A DNA stretch of 64,000 nucleotides from an uncultured Synergistales bacterium (GCA_964519285.1 CAZFJG010000001.1:664-64663), one strand, 5' to 3'; shown: positions 53,490 through 63,464, numbered from the stretch's first letter. Translations and numbers: made by a program. The notes: a model not told the origin generated them from the sequence alone.

Positions 53490-54029
53490 ATAGTCAGTAA
53501 AAAAACTGATGATCCCCGTATTAATGAGGAAATTAAGGCAAATGAAGTTCTTCTTGTTGATGATGCTGGAGTTAAACATGGAGTAGTACCCATAAACGAA
53601 GCTCTTGATATGGCAGAGGAAAGGGAACTGGATCTGGTTGAAGTTGCTCCCGGAGCCAAACCACCTGTCTGCCGTATTATGGATTATGGGAAATACAGGT
53701 ATCAGAAGCAGAAAAAGGAAAAGGACGCCAGAAAGAAACAGAAGACCCAGACACTGAAGGAAATTAAAATGCGTCCAAAGATCGATCAGCATGATTATGA
53801 CTTCAAGGTAAAAGCCATAAAGAATTTCCTCACCAACGGACACCGGGTTAAAGTATCTGTGTTTTTCAGGGGAAGGGAAATGGCCTTTCTCGACAAGGGA
53901 AGAGCAGTTCTTGAAAGAGTACAGGCAGAGTGTGTCGAACTTGGCAAGGCTGAGAACCCTCCTAGAATGGAAGGCAGATACATGAGAATAATGTTGACAC
54001 CGGTATCCCAGGGTGAAAAAAACAGCTAA
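53490..54029 (+). CDS. infC: Translation initiation factor IF-3, non-canonical ATA start
   Basis: The track ORF (ATG 53610) would remove the conserved N-terminal domain. The frame is open back to TGA 53481-53483. ATA 53490 lies 6 nt after GGAGGTG. The resulting N-terminus VSKKTDDPRINEEIKANEVLLVDDAGVKHGVVPINEALDMAEERELDLVEVAPGAKPPVCRIMDYGKY matches IF-3. Confidence 0.85.
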   Translation: MVSKKTDDPRINEEIKANEVLLVDDAGVKHGVVPINEALDMAEERELDLVEVAPGAKPPVCRIMDYGKYRYQKQKKEKDARKKQKTQTLKEIKMRPKIDQHDYDFKVKAIKNFLTNGHRVKVSVFFRGREMAFLDKGRAVLERVQAECVELGKAENPPRMEGRYMRIMLTPVSQGEKNS

Positions 54030-54128
54030 TCCTTGCTTAAGAGTATCGTTAAGTGTTTATGAAAATATGATCTCTTTATCAAGACACTTGGTACAGATAA
54101 ATACAGCTTATAGGAGGTAGATCTACTT

Positions 54129-54326
54129 ATGGGAAAGTTAAAGACCCATTCCGGGACTAAAAAAAGGTTTTCCCGAACCGCTAAGGGCAAGATATCGTAT
54201 AAAAAGAAGGGAAGGGGCCATCTCTTAAGGAAAAAGAATGCCAGCAGGTTAAGAAGGCTCAGAGATAAAGGTTACCTTGACAAGAACTTTGCAGACAAGA
54301 TAAAAAAGCTGCTTCCTTACAGCTAG
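54129..54326 (+). CDS. rpmI: 50S ribosomal protein L35 (bL35)
   Basis: 65 aa with MGKLKTHSGTKKRFSRTAKGKISYKKKGRGHLL. Confidence 0.95.
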   Translation: MGKLKTHSGTKKRFSRTAKGKISYKKKGRGHLLRKKNASRLRRLRDKGYLDKNFADKIKKLLPYS

Positions 54327-54356
54327 AAAAAAGTATTCTGAAAGAGGTGTGTCCCT

Positions 54357-54716
54357 ATGCCAAGAGTAAAAGGTGGCAGTGCAAGTAACAGTAAGAGAAA
54401 AAAATTATTCTCCATAACCAGGGGTTATTGGGGAAAAAAGAAAAATGTGTATAGAAGGGCGAGAGAAGCTTACCTTCATTCTCTTTCAAACGCCTACAAG
54501 GACAGAAGGCTCAAGAAAAGGGAGTTCAGAAAACTCTGGATCACAAGAATAAATGCAGCTGCCCGAATGAACGGTCTGTCCTACAGTACATTCATGAACG
54601 GCCTCAAAAAGGCTGAGATCAACATTAATAGAAAAATGCTTGCCGACCTCGCTGTTAACGATATGGCAGCTTTTGAAGACCTGGTTGGCAGGGCCAAAGA
54701 AGCCCTGGCAAAGTAG
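54357..54716 (+). CDS. rplT: 50S ribosomal protein L20 (bL20)
   Basis: 119 aa with [38 protein letters not shown]...[13 protein letters not shown]. Confidence 0.96.
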   Translation: MPRVKGGSASNSKRKKLFSITRGYWGKKKNVYRRAREAYLHSLSNAYKDRRLKKREFRKLWITRINAAARMNGLSYSTFMNGLKKAEININRKMLADLAVNDMAAFEDLVGRAKEALAK

Positions 54717-56044
54717 TGAAACGTAGACAATATAGCAAGATAAAGGTTGAAAGGATCATTATTGCGGGGTTCCTGTCTCTAATCCTGGCAGGGACCCTGT
54801 CTATATATTTTTTTAATAATTTAGCAGAAATGGAGATGTCTTTTTTAGACGCTCTCTTTACAAGCACGTCAGCAGTCTGTGTAACGGGTCTGATTGTCTT
54901 GGACACAGCAACTCAGTTATCATTTCCTTCCCAGCTGACTGTAATGCTTTTGTTCCAGCTTGGAGGGCTCGGAGTGATGACTGCTGCAACAGCAATGATG
55001 ATTCTTCTGAGACAGAGAATAGGAATAAAACAGAGACTTCTCTTTACGGGAGGAATAGGTCTTGACTCCCTTTCCGGAGCTGTAAGGCTTATCATTGCAG
55101 TATTAAAGATTACATTTGTTTTTGAAATACTCGGCAGTCTTATACTCTTTATGTCTTTTTCCCGGGAGTTCCCCTTTACTGAAGCCCTGTTTCACTCTGT
55201 CTTTCAGGCAGTTAGTGCTTTCTGTAACGCTGGTTTCTCGACCTTTACAACCAACCTTTCTGAATATTCTCATTCCCTACTAATACCGGCAACTGTGATG
55301 GTTTTGATATTCTGGGGAGGTATCGGCTTTATACCAGTAGTAAATATTATTTCTTATTCAAAAAAAAAGGAAAAGATCCGAAATCACACAAAAATGGTTC
55401 TTTGTACAAGCATTACTCTTATTATTCTGGGAACTGTACTTGTAGCACTTTTTGAGTGGAATGGAGCTTTGAAAGGCTATAATTATTTTTACAAGTTCTG
55501 GAATGCCATGTTCTTGAGTGTCTCATCCAGAACAGCGGGATTCAATACAATAGATACTGCATCCATCGTATCGGTTACCGCCTTTGTAGTTTGTTTTCTT
55601 ATGATCATAGGTGCTTCTCCAGGTTCAACAGGAGGTGGAATTAAAACGACGACCTTCACTCTTGTCGTTTTATCTGTTGTTGCTTATCTCAGGGGTAAAA
55701 GAAATGCAATGATCGGATACAGATCAATTCCCTCTTCGGATGTCACGAGGGCAACGTCCGTTGCGGTTATTTATATATCCACTATACTTTTTGCTGTCCT
55801 TGTTTTGTCTTTTCTTGAGAATTTTACATTCAGAGAGATAGTTTTTGAGGTTATTTCTGCCCTTGGTACTGTTGGTCTGAGTATGGGAATAACTGGATCA
55901 TTAAGTGCCCCGGGCAAGATGGTAATAATTGTACTGATGTTTTGGGGCAGGATAGGAATGTTGACGGTGATCTATGGACTTGTTCGCAGTAGTCAGGTGT
56001 CGGAGGACATAAACTATCCTGAAGTTAATATACCCCTGGGTTAA
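54716..56044 (+). CDS. ktrB: TrkH/KtrB-family potassium uptake membrane subunit
   Basis: 442 aa. GTG 54716 overlaps the rplT TAG stop (TAGTG), and no SD is present. Contains LDALFTSTSAVCVTGL, SAFCNAGFS, SSRTAGFNT and GASPGSTGGGIKTTT (selectivity-filter-like repeats). Confidence 0.85.
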   Translation: MKRRQYSKIKVERIIIAGFLSLILAGTLSIYFFNNLAEMEMSFLDALFTSTSAVCVTGLIVLDTATQLSFPSQLTVMLLFQLGGLGVMTAATAMMILLRQRIGIKQRLLFTGGIGLDSLSGAVRLIIAVLKITFVFEILGSLILFMSFSREFPFTEALFHSVFQAVSAFCNAGFSTFTTNLSEYSHSLLIPATVMVLIFWGGIGFIPVVNIISYSKKKEKIRNHTKMVLCTSITLIILGTVLVALFEWNGALKGYNYFYKFWNAMFLSVSSRTAGFNTIDTASIVSVTAFVVCFLMIIGASPGSTGGGIKTTTFTLVVLSVVAYLRGKRNAMIGYRSIPSSDVTRATSVAVIYISTILFAVLVLSFLENFTFREIVFEVISALGTVGLSMGITGSLSAPGKMVIIVLMFWGRIGMLTVIYGLVRSSQVSEDINYPEVNIPLG

Positions 56045-56062
56045 CCTGAGGAGGACAATGGT

Positions 56063-56746
56063 ATGGCAGAGTCAAATAAAACTGTAATGGTGGTGGGGTT
56101 GGGAAGATTTGGAGTGTCCCTTTCTCTCAAGCTTGCTGAAATGAAAAGGCAGGTCATAGCTGTTGACAGAAATCCTGCCAGGGTAAAAGAGGTTGCTGAA
56201 GAAATTGAAATATGTGCCCAGATAAACGCAACTGATGAGGAAGCCCTGGTCAAGATCGGTGCCAAGGAGGTAGATGTGGCTGTTGTTGCAATTGGTGAAA
56301 ATATTGAAGCGAGCATAATGGTCACTACCATACTGAAGGGATATAATATCCCCTTTCTTGTAGCAAGAGCTCAAAACCCCCTTCATGCCAGGATCCTGGC
56401 AAAGGTCGGAGCTGACAGAGTGATTTTTCCCGAGAAAGAGATGGGAGAAAGAGTAGCAGATCAGCTGGTACATCCATGGCTTAACCGCTTTTCCCAGCTT
56501 CCCGGTGCCGAATCCATCATCGGAGAAGTGGAACCTGTCCCTGAGATGACAGGTAAAACTCTTTTAGAACAGGAATTTAGAAAAACCTATGAAGTGGTCA
56601 TTCTCATGATAAAGAAAAACGGTAAATACATGATACCCCGTCCAGATACCATAATAGACAGAGAAGATACTCTACTCGTGGCTGGACAAAAAGAACAAAT
56701 TGAAAAGATCATTAAAATGAAAGAAAAAGAAGGGAAGGAATCCTGA
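56063..56746 (+). CDS. ktrA: TrkA/KtrA-family K+ transporter regulatory subunit (RCK_N + RCK_C)
   Basis: 227 aa with the Rossmann motif VVGLGRFGVSLSLKL and a C-terminal TrkA_C-like segment. Confidence 0.85.
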   Translation: MAESNKTVMVVGLGRFGVSLSLKLAEMKRQVIAVDRNPARVKEVAEEIEICAQINATDEEALVKIGAKEVDVAVVAIGENIEASIMVTTILKGYNIPFLVARAQNPLHARILAKVGADRVIFPEKEMGERVADQLVHPWLNRFSQLPGAESIIGEVEPVPEMTGKTLLEQEFRKTYEVVILMIKKNGKYMIPRPDTIIDREDTLLVAGQKEQIEKIIKMKEKEGKES

Positions 56747-56786
56747 CCTTATTTAGGGGAATTCAGACAGAGGAGGTAGTATAGTC

Positions 56787-57827
56787 TTGACATCCAGAAT
56801 AGATGAAATTCAGAAAGTACAGGAGGAATTTGAAAAAGAACTTGTATCGGCCAGTTCTCTTGACGATCTTTCCGACCTTAAAACCAGGTTTCTCGGCAAA
56901 AAAGGGAAGGTAACTGTCCTCATGAAAAATCTGGGAAAACTTGATCCCGAAGAACGTCCTGTTTTCGGAAAAGAAGTTAACAACCTGAGAAAGACTGTAG
57001 AGGACAACATTAACAGGAAATATAACAGCCTTTATCAAAAGGAAATGGACCTCCGTGAAAGACAGGATCGCATAGATGTTACTTTACCTCCAAGAGGCAA
57101 GTCTTGTGGAGGGTTTCACCCTGTTGCACAGGTCACTCATGAAATAATTGAGATATTCAGTGGTCTTGGTTTTTCTGTTGCACTTGGTCCTGAGATCGAA
57201 GAGGATTTTTATAATTTTGAGGCTCTTAATATTCCTAAACACCACCCGGCCAGAGATATGCAGGATACATTTTACTTTAACGACGGCGCTCTTCTCAGAA
57301 CACATACCTCTCCGGTAGAAGTAAGGGCTATGAGAGCATTAGGAGCACCTCTAAGAGTTATCGTTCCCGGGAAAGTTTACAGACGTGACAGCGATCCTAC
57401 TCATTCACCGATGTTCCACCAGCTGGAAGGTCTCCTGGTAGATGAGGATGTTTCAATTGCAGATCTTAAGGGCTGTCTCGACGTAATGATCGACAAGTTT
57501 TTTGGTAAGTCTCTGAAAAAAAGATACAGGGCAAGCTATTTCCCTTTTACCGAACCATCCCTTGAGCTTGATATAGAGTGTGTTGCCTGTTCGGGTAACG
57601 ATAAAAACTGCAGAATATGCAAGGGATCGGGATGGCTGGAGGTCTCCGGACTTGGTATGACCCATCCACATGTTCTGAGAGCTGGAAACGTAGACACTGA
57701 AAAATACAATGGCTTTGCATGGGGTATGGGTCTCGATCGAATGGCCCAGTTAAAGTACGGTCTTAATGATCTTCGTGTACTTTTTGATGGCAACGTCCCT
57801 TATCTTCTGTCAGGGAGGAATGAATAA
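56787..57827 (+). CDS. pheS: Phenylalanine--tRNA ligase alpha subunit
   Basis: 346 aa with a TTG start after gaggagg. Contains HPARDMQDTFY, LLRTHTSPVEVR, FHQLEGL and GWAWGMGLDR-like (GFAWGMGLDRM). Confidence 0.95.
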   Translation: MTSRIDEIQKVQEEFEKELVSASSLDDLSDLKTRFLGKKGKVTVLMKNLGKLDPEERPVFGKEVNNLRKTVEDNINRKYNSLYQKEMDLRERQDRIDVTLPPRGKSCGGFHPVAQVTHEIIEIFSGLGFSVALGPEIEEDFYNFEALNIPKHHPARDMQDTFYFNDGALLRTHTSPVEVRAMRALGAPLRVIVPGKVYRRDSDPTHSPMFHQLEGLLVDEDVSIADLKGCLDVMIDKFFGKSLKKRYRASYFPFTEPSLELDIECVACSGNDKNCRICKGSGWLEVSGLGMTHPHVLRAGNVDTEKYNGFAWGMGLDRMAQLKYGLNDLRVLFDGNVPYLLSGRNE

Positions 57828-60241
57828 TGCTTATATCATGGAACTGGCTTCAGGAATATGTCACCCTTCCAGAAGGGGTCGAAGTAGAACAGGTAGCAGA
57901 AAGGCTCACAATGACAGGGTGTGAAGTTGAGGAGATCAAGTATCCCTGCCCTGAGCTCTGGGGAGTTGTTACTGCAAAAGTTGATGAACTTCGGAAACAT
58001 CCTTCAGCGGATAAACTTTTTGTTGCCGAACTGGTAATGCCGGGAAGAGAAGCTGTTTGCATAACTGCAGCACCAAATCTATCCCCCGGGGATATCGTTC
58101 CTTATGCTCCTCCAGGAGCTGTAATGGCAGATGGGACTGTTCTTGGAGAAAAGGATTTTTCCGGCGTTTTAAGCCAGGGTATGATGTTATCTGCGGAGGA
58201 ACTTGGATTGCCTGAGATAGCGGACGAGTTTGGTATCCTGCGTCTTCCTCCTAAAACAAAACTCGGTGCTGATCTAAAGTCCCACTTCGGGCTTGATGAT
58301 GTCCTTCTGGATATCTCAATCACTCCCAACAGGGGAGATCTCTTGAGCATAATTGGTCTTGCACGGGAAATATATGCCCTTTTCCCCGGAGCTAAATTGA
58401 AGGAACTGCCATTCCCGGAAGAATTGTGTGACAGTTCCTGGCGGGAAGACTTTGGAAATGTGACCATAAAGGATAACGGATGTAAATGTTATGCCCTTGG
58501 TATGGCTACTGATATAACTATTTCACCAACTCCGGTTGAAGTGAGGATCAAGTTGGCCTTTATGGGAATGAGACCCATTTCAAACGTAGTTGATGCTACC
58601 AATGTCGTAATGCTTCTCACAGGACAACCTCTTCATGCTTTCGATCTTGAGCTTCTTCCTTCAAGAAACATTGAGGTTCGATCTGCTAATGAGAACGAAC
58701 ATTTTGTAACCCTTGATGAAAAAGAACATGTTATGTCTGAAGGTGATCTTCTGATCACAAGCAATGATGAACCTGTCGGTATCGCCGGGGTTATGGGAGG
58801 TCAGAACACAGAGATCAGACCTGAGACAAAAACTGTTGTAGTCGAATCTGCAAATTTTGACTCAGCACGGGTAAGTCAGACCTCAAGGCGTCTGGGTATC
58901 AACAGTGAGGCAGCTTACCGTTATTCCCGGGGAGTTGACCCTCAGAAGGCTAGATCTGCCCTTTTCTATGCACTGGGACTTATAGCCGAGTGGGGTGGTG
59001 CTGAGGCCTACCATTCTATCAAGTATTCAGTGGCAGAGGATTGGACCCCTGTTGAAGTTACCCTTCATTCGTCATCCCTGAAAAGGGTCCTCCTCTGGGA
59101 TGATCTTGATGAAGCTTCCGCAATACTCGAGAGGCTTGGACTGAAGGAGAAAGAAAGAAAAAACGGGTCTGCAACTGTCCTTGTGCCTTCCTGGAGACCT
59201 GATATCGGCATTGAGGCAGATCTTATTGAGGAAGTAGGAAGGGTCAGAGGGTACAACAATATATCACCAAGACTTCCTGCTAACATGAAGTCCGTCGGAG
59301 ATCGTGGCAGTTTTTACAGATCTTCCGCGCTTATTAGGGACATTGCAAGGGCAAGAGGATATACGGAGGTGGTAACTTTCAGCTTTATCGGCCCCTCTTT
59401 TAAAGAGGATCTGAAGTTGCCGGAAGATGATATAAGAGCAAATCCAGTTCCTATCGCTAATCCCATGAGCATGGAACAGTCATTAATGAGAACTGTAATG
59501 TTGCCTGGACTTCTTACTTCTCTTGGTAATTCAATACGGTCTGGCTGGAGAAAACCAGTGAAAGTCTTTGAGATCGGAAGGGTCTTTCTAAGGGACAGTG
59601 AAATGGCGGAAAAGGGAGAACATGAGGAAAAAGAAAGAGTTGCAGGTCTTGTTTTTCCAGGCCTCGACAGAAGATATCCCCATGATGATTCTGAAGAAGA
59701 AGATTTCTTTTCTGTCAAGGGTGATGTAATGACCCTCTTCCAGGCTTTTGGTATCAAAGGAGATTTTATACCCGGAGAGCAGCCTTTCGGTCATATGGGA
59801 CAGACCGCATCCATAGAAGAGAAGGAAAAGAACATTGGTTACCTTGCCAGGTTAAAGCCTGATATTCTTGAAAAAATGGACCTTCCTGATCCAGTATTTT
59901 ATTTTGAACTGGATATGGAAAGAATGATGGAGGGGTCTGAAGTCAAGTTTAAAATGTTATCCCAATTTCCCAAGGTCTTCAGGGATATATCCATCCTTGT
60001 AAGCAGAGAAAAGGATAGCAGGCAGGTTGTAAAGGATATTCGCAGTATCTCAAGAGGTCTTCTTAAAGAGGTCCGCCTTTTCGATATTTACACAGGAAAA
60101 GGGATTCCCGAAGATTCCAGAAGCCTGGCGTTCAGTCTCGCCTATTGTTCTGATGACAGGACCCTTAGTGATGAGGAAGTTGACAGGATACACAATGACC
60201 TTCGTGAAAGTCTGAGTCAAAAGGGTTATACTTTAAGATAG
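57827..60241 (+). CDS. pheT: Phenylalanine--tRNA ligase beta subunit
   Basis: 804 aa with a TAATG overlap with pheS. Has an N-terminal tRNA-binding OB domain, B3/4 and B5 domains, and a C-terminal FDX-ACB domain. Confidence 0.95.
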   Translation: MLISWNWLQEYVTLPEGVEVEQVAERLTMTGCEVEEIKYPCPELWGVVTAKVDELRKHPSADKLFVAELVMPGREAVCITAAPNLSPGDIVPYAPPGAVMADGTVLGEKDFSGVLSQGMMLSAEELGLPEIADEFGILRLPPKTKLGADLKSHFGLDDVLLDISITPNRGDLLSIIGLAREIYALFPGAKLKELPFPEELCDSSWREDFGNVTIKDNGCKCYALGMATDITISPTPVEVRIKLAFMGMRPISNVVDATNVVMLLTGQPLHAFDLELLPSRNIEVRSANENEHFVTLDEKEHVMSEGDLLITSNDEPVGIAGVMGGQNTEIRPETKTVVVESANFDSARVSQTSRRLGINSEAAYRYSRGVDPQKARSALFYALGLIAEWGGAEAYHSIKYSVAEDWTPVEVTLHSSSLKRVLLWDDLDEASAILERLGLKEKERKNGSATVLVPSWRPDIGIEADLIEEVGRVRGYNNISPRLPANMKSVGDRGSFYRSSALIRDIARARGYTEVVTFSFIGPSFKEDLKLPEDDIRANPVPIANPMSMEQSLMRTVMLPGLLTSLGNSIRSGWRKPVKVFEIGRVFLRDSEMAEKGEHEEKERVAGLVFPGLDRRYPHDDSEEEDFFSVKGDVMTLFQAFGIKGDFIPGEQPFGHMGQTASIEEKEKNIGYLARLKPDILEKMDLPDPVFYFELDMERMMEGSEVKFKMLSQFPKVFRDISILVSREKDSRQVVKDIRSISRGLLKEVRLFDIYTGKGIPEDSRSLAFSLAYCSDDRTLSDEEVDRIHNDLRESLSQKGYTLR

Positions 60242-60282
60242 TATAAGTGTTATTGAAGAAGGTTCTCTTTGGAGGAGATTAA

Positions 60283-60522
60283 ATGTCCGAAAAAGATCGA
60301 AATGTTAAGATCACAATTGGAGACAAGGATTATTCAATACGTACTTCTCTGGATGAGACAGTTTTAAACAGGGTTCTTGATCATATTGAAGAAGCCGTTT
60401 CCGAAACTGAAGGCGGCCAGGAGCAGAAGCTCCTTGCCGCCTGTCTTGACCTGGCTTACAAACTTGAGATCGCCAGTAATGCAAGTACGGATAATATTGT
60501 TGAAGGACAGGATACAGAGTAA
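60283..60522 (+). CDS. zapA: Cell division protein ZapA
   Basis: 79 aa with VKITIGDKDYSIRTSLDE...LLAACLDLAYKL. The pheST-zapA-cvpA-mutS2 synteny matches that of Bacillus. Confidence 0.75.
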   Translation: MSEKDRNVKITIGDKDYSIRTSLDETVLNRVLDHIEEAVSETEGGQEQKLLAACLDLAYKLEIASNASTDNIVEGQDTE

Positions 60523-61079
60523 TGAGTATTTCATTGTTAGTTGATATTGTCTTTGCTTTTCTTCTTGTAACTTTTGCTGGTCGAGGATTATGGAGGGGGT
60601 TTTCCGGTGAACTCTTTTCCCTTGCAGGTACAATAGGCGGAGTGATAGGGGCATGGAAATTCGGCCCTTTTCTGGGAGGTTTTCTCGCCACGAAGATGGA
60701 CATTTCTCCCACACTTCTCCTTGTATTGTCCATGGTCCTCATTTATATAATTATCGCTTTACTCGCAGCTTTACTATGCAGACTGGTAAAGGCTTTTCTT
60801 AAGATAACCCAGCTTTCATTTGCTGATCGTTTTTTTGGAGGAATTGCCGGAGTCCTCAAGACTGGAATTATAGTTTTGTTTGTATATTTTGTATGTATGG
60901 TCTTTTCTCCACTCATCTCAACTGAATGGATGTCTGAAAGTTTCAGCATGAGAAGTGCCTCTATTCTGTGGCCAAGAATAAGTCATTATTTCCCTGATTT
61001 TGAACTGCCTTCGGCTGTTTCTTTTGATGTTCCAGAGAAAGAGATCATAAGCCAGGGTGGGGAAACAGATGATTCTTGA
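60522..61079 (+). CDS. cvpA: CvpA-family membrane protein
   Basis: 185 aa with a TAATG overlap with zapA. Has four hydrophobic spans and N-terminal GRGLWRGFSGELFSLAG. Confidence 0.78.
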   Translation: MSISLLVDIVFAFLLVTFAGRGLWRGFSGELFSLAGTIGGVIGAWKFGPFLGGFLATKMDISPTLLLVLSMVLIYIIIALLAALLCRLVKAFLKITQLSFADRFFGGIAGVLKTGIIVLFVYFVCMVFSPLISTEWMSESFSMRSASILWPRISHYFPDFELPSAVSFDVPEKEIISQGGETDDS

Positions 61080-63408
61080 TCCCTCAGTACTTTCAAAGCT
61101 GGAATTTTCGGGTGTTCTCGATATATTCCTGAAAGAGACCCGTTCTGAACCGGGAATTCTGGTATTGAAAAACCTTGATACAGCTTCTGATATCCCATCT
61201 CTTGAAAAACGTCAGGCCAGGGTCAGAGAATTTGATAATTTCAGAGATAAACGTGGTGATATGCCATGGAAGGAAGGTATGATCTCCCTTGCCCCTTTCC
61301 TGAAAAATGCGCGACAGAACGCATTTATGACGGGTCCCGAACTTGTGCATTTCAAAACACTATTTATTCTTTCACAAAAGTTAAGAAACTGTTTTCAAAA
61401 TGTAAGGACAGAATATCCGGAGCTTTGGGAAACAGTCAAAAAGATCAGGGACTTTTCTGAAGAAATAGAATTTCTTTCATCGCTCAACGATGATGGAACT
61501 CTTCTGGATTCAGCTTCACCTTTACTCTCTCGGATAAGAAATGATATTTTCAGGACAAGAAATGCATTGAGGGACAGGGCAAACAGGATAATGAACGACC
61601 CAAGACTTTCCGGGATGCTGAGGGATCGTAATTTAACCATCAGAAATGGCAGGTACATTGTCACTGTAAAGCAGGAGAACTCCAGCAGATTTCCCGGAAT
61701 TATCCAGGATCGGTCCGGGTCGGGAAATTCCGTGTTTATGGAACCGGATAATATGATAGAACTAAATAACAGGCTTGCAATGTTTATTTCTGAAGAGAAA
61801 GAAGAAGAGTATAGGATACTCAGTTTAATAACCCAAAAAATACTTTCTCGTTCCTCAGCAGTTATTGATACTGAAAATTCTCTGGGTCATATTGATATGC
61901 TTTATGGTGTGACTTCAGTAATGCGTCAACGGAAATGGAATCTTCCTCTCCTATCCACGAAGACTGGTTTTTCTCTGAAACAGGTAATTCATCCACTTCT
62001 AAACGTTAAACCTGTCCCTCTGGATATACGTTGTGGAGATGATTTCAGGATACTTGTAATAACTGGTCCGAATACAGGCGGTAAAACAGTAGCCCTCAAA
62101 ACAGCGGCTCTCTCAGTAATACTGTCCTGGTACGGATTACCTCTGCCAGCTGAAGAAAGCAGTAGAGTAGGGTATTTTTCGGGTCTTTTTATCGACATAG
62201 GTGATGAACAGAGTGTAGAGCAGAATTTGTCCACCTTCAGTTCCCATATCAAAAATCTTGTAAATATGCTCAGGTCAGCTGACAGGAATTCGCTTCTATT
62301 TCTTGATGAACTTGGGGCAGGAACAGATCCACAGGAAGGAGCCGCTCTGGGAATAGCGATCCTTGACTCAATAAGGAACATCAGTTGCTGTGCTCTTGCA
62401 ACGACCCACCATAATCCTATCAAAAGCTTTGCCATATCGGAAAAGGATATAGAAACTGCCAGTATGGAATTTGATGAGATGACTCTCGCTCCTACCTATC
62501 GGATGCTTATAGGAATTCCAGGTAAGAGTAATGCACTACATATAGCTGAAAGACTTGGAATGCCATTATCAATTATTGACAGGGCGAGACAGGCATTGAG
62601 TACAAGAGAAACCTCCATAGAAGACATTATAAGTGAACTGGAGGATAAGAAACAGACATTGGACAGGGTAAGGGAAGAACTGGAAGTACAAAAAGATCGA
62701 AATCGCCTGATGTCCGATAGAATGGATAAGGACAGGAAAAAAATGGAACTCGAACAGGAAAGGCTCATTGAAGAAAGCCGTGAAATAGCAAGACAGATAA
62801 TAACTGATGCCGAGGAAAAGGCAAAAGACCTGCTGAATGAGCTTCACGGGGCGGCGCTTTCAAGGGGGCACAGGGCTATGGCTGAACATAAAAAAAAGAA
62901 AAACAAAACTCCTTCTTTCGCTAAAGGAAATTCGCCAGAAATAAATAGTTCATTTTCAATAGAAATAAGCCTCGGAGACCATGTCAAGGTCGCAGGATCC
63001 AGGGTAAAGGGTGAAGTTACAAAGATCATCGGTAAAAAAGCTCTGGTTCAATCGGGTCCACTTAAGATAGAAGTGCCTGTAAAATCCCTGACTGTTACAG
63101 AAAAACAATCTCACGATAAGGAAAAACCGGAAAAGTCCATTAAGATTTCAAAACCCCAGTCAGTACCCTCATCACTAATGGTCAGGGGTATGACTGTAAC
63201 AGAAGCTGTACCAATGGTAGAGCAGTATCTGGACAGGGCTATGAGGGCAGGCCATTCTTCAGTTTGTGTAATTCATGGAAGAGGTGAAGGTATTCTCAGG
63301 CGTGAAGTTCACAGGATCTGTCAGAATCTTTCCTATGTAATTTCCTACAGGCTCGGCGACGTTTCTGAAGGTGGTTATGGTGTTACAATAGTGACCTTCA
63401 GAAAGTAA
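61069..63408 (+). CDS. mutS2: Endonuclease MutS2 (MutS domain V ATPase + Smr)
   Basis: The track start is GTG 61057, and ATG 61069 is also possible. Walker A is ITGPNTGGKT, followed by LFLDELGAGTDP. Has a coiled-coil region and a C-terminal Smr domain (VIHGRGEGILR). Confidence 0.94.
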   Translation: MILDPSVLSKLEFSGVLDIFLKETRSEPGILVLKNLDTASDIPSLEKRQARVREFDNFRDKRGDMPWKEGMISLAPFLKNARQNAFMTGPELVHFKTLFILSQKLRNCFQNVRTEYPELWETVKKIRDFSEEIEFLSSLNDDGTLLDSASPLLSRIRNDIFRTRNALRDRANRIMNDPRLSGMLRDRNLTIRNGRYIVTVKQENSSRFPGIIQDRSGSGNSVFMEPDNMIELNNRLAMFISEEKEEEYRILSLITQKILSRSSAVIDTENSLGHIDMLYGVTSVMRQRKWNLPLLSTKTGFSLKQVIHPLLNVKPVPLDIRCGDDFRILVITGPNTGGKTVALKTAALSVILSWYGLPLPAEESSRVGYFSGLFIDIGDEQSVEQNLSTFSSHIKNLVNMLRSADRNSLLFLDELGAGTDPQEGAALGIAILDSIRNISCCALATTHHNPIKSFAISEKDIETASMEFDEMTLAPTYRMLIGIPGKSNALHIAERLGMPLSIIDRARQALSTRETSIEDIISELEDKKQTLDRVREELEVQKDRNRLMSDRMDKDRKKMELEQERLIEESREIARQIITDAEEKAKDLLNELHGAALSRGHRAMAEHKKKKNKTPSFAKGNSPEINSSFSIEISLGDHVKVAGSRVKGEVTKIIGKKALVQSGPLKIEVPVKSLTVTEKQSHDKEKPEKSIKISKPQSVPSSLMVRGMTVTEAVPMVEQYLDRAMRAGHSSVCVIHGRGEGILRREVHRICQNLSYVISYRLGDVSEGGYGVTIVTFRK

Positions 63409-63435
63409 AATGATCTTAAAAGGATCAGGGTTTTC

Positions 63436-63464
63436 TTGACAAAGATCCGGAAGACATGTAGTTT
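63436..63464 (+). promoter_or_regulatory. Candidate promoter for tRNA-Arg
   Basis: TTGACA (63436-63441), a 17-nt spacer, then TAGTTT (63459-63464). Pattern match only. Confidence 0.35.

Noticed and set aside
53610-54029. ATG 53610 as the infC start (as in the ORF track).
   Set aside because: It would delete the conserved IF-3 N-terminal domain, which is clearly encoded in frame upstream. ATA 53490 with a strong SD fits the known infC autoregulatory logic.
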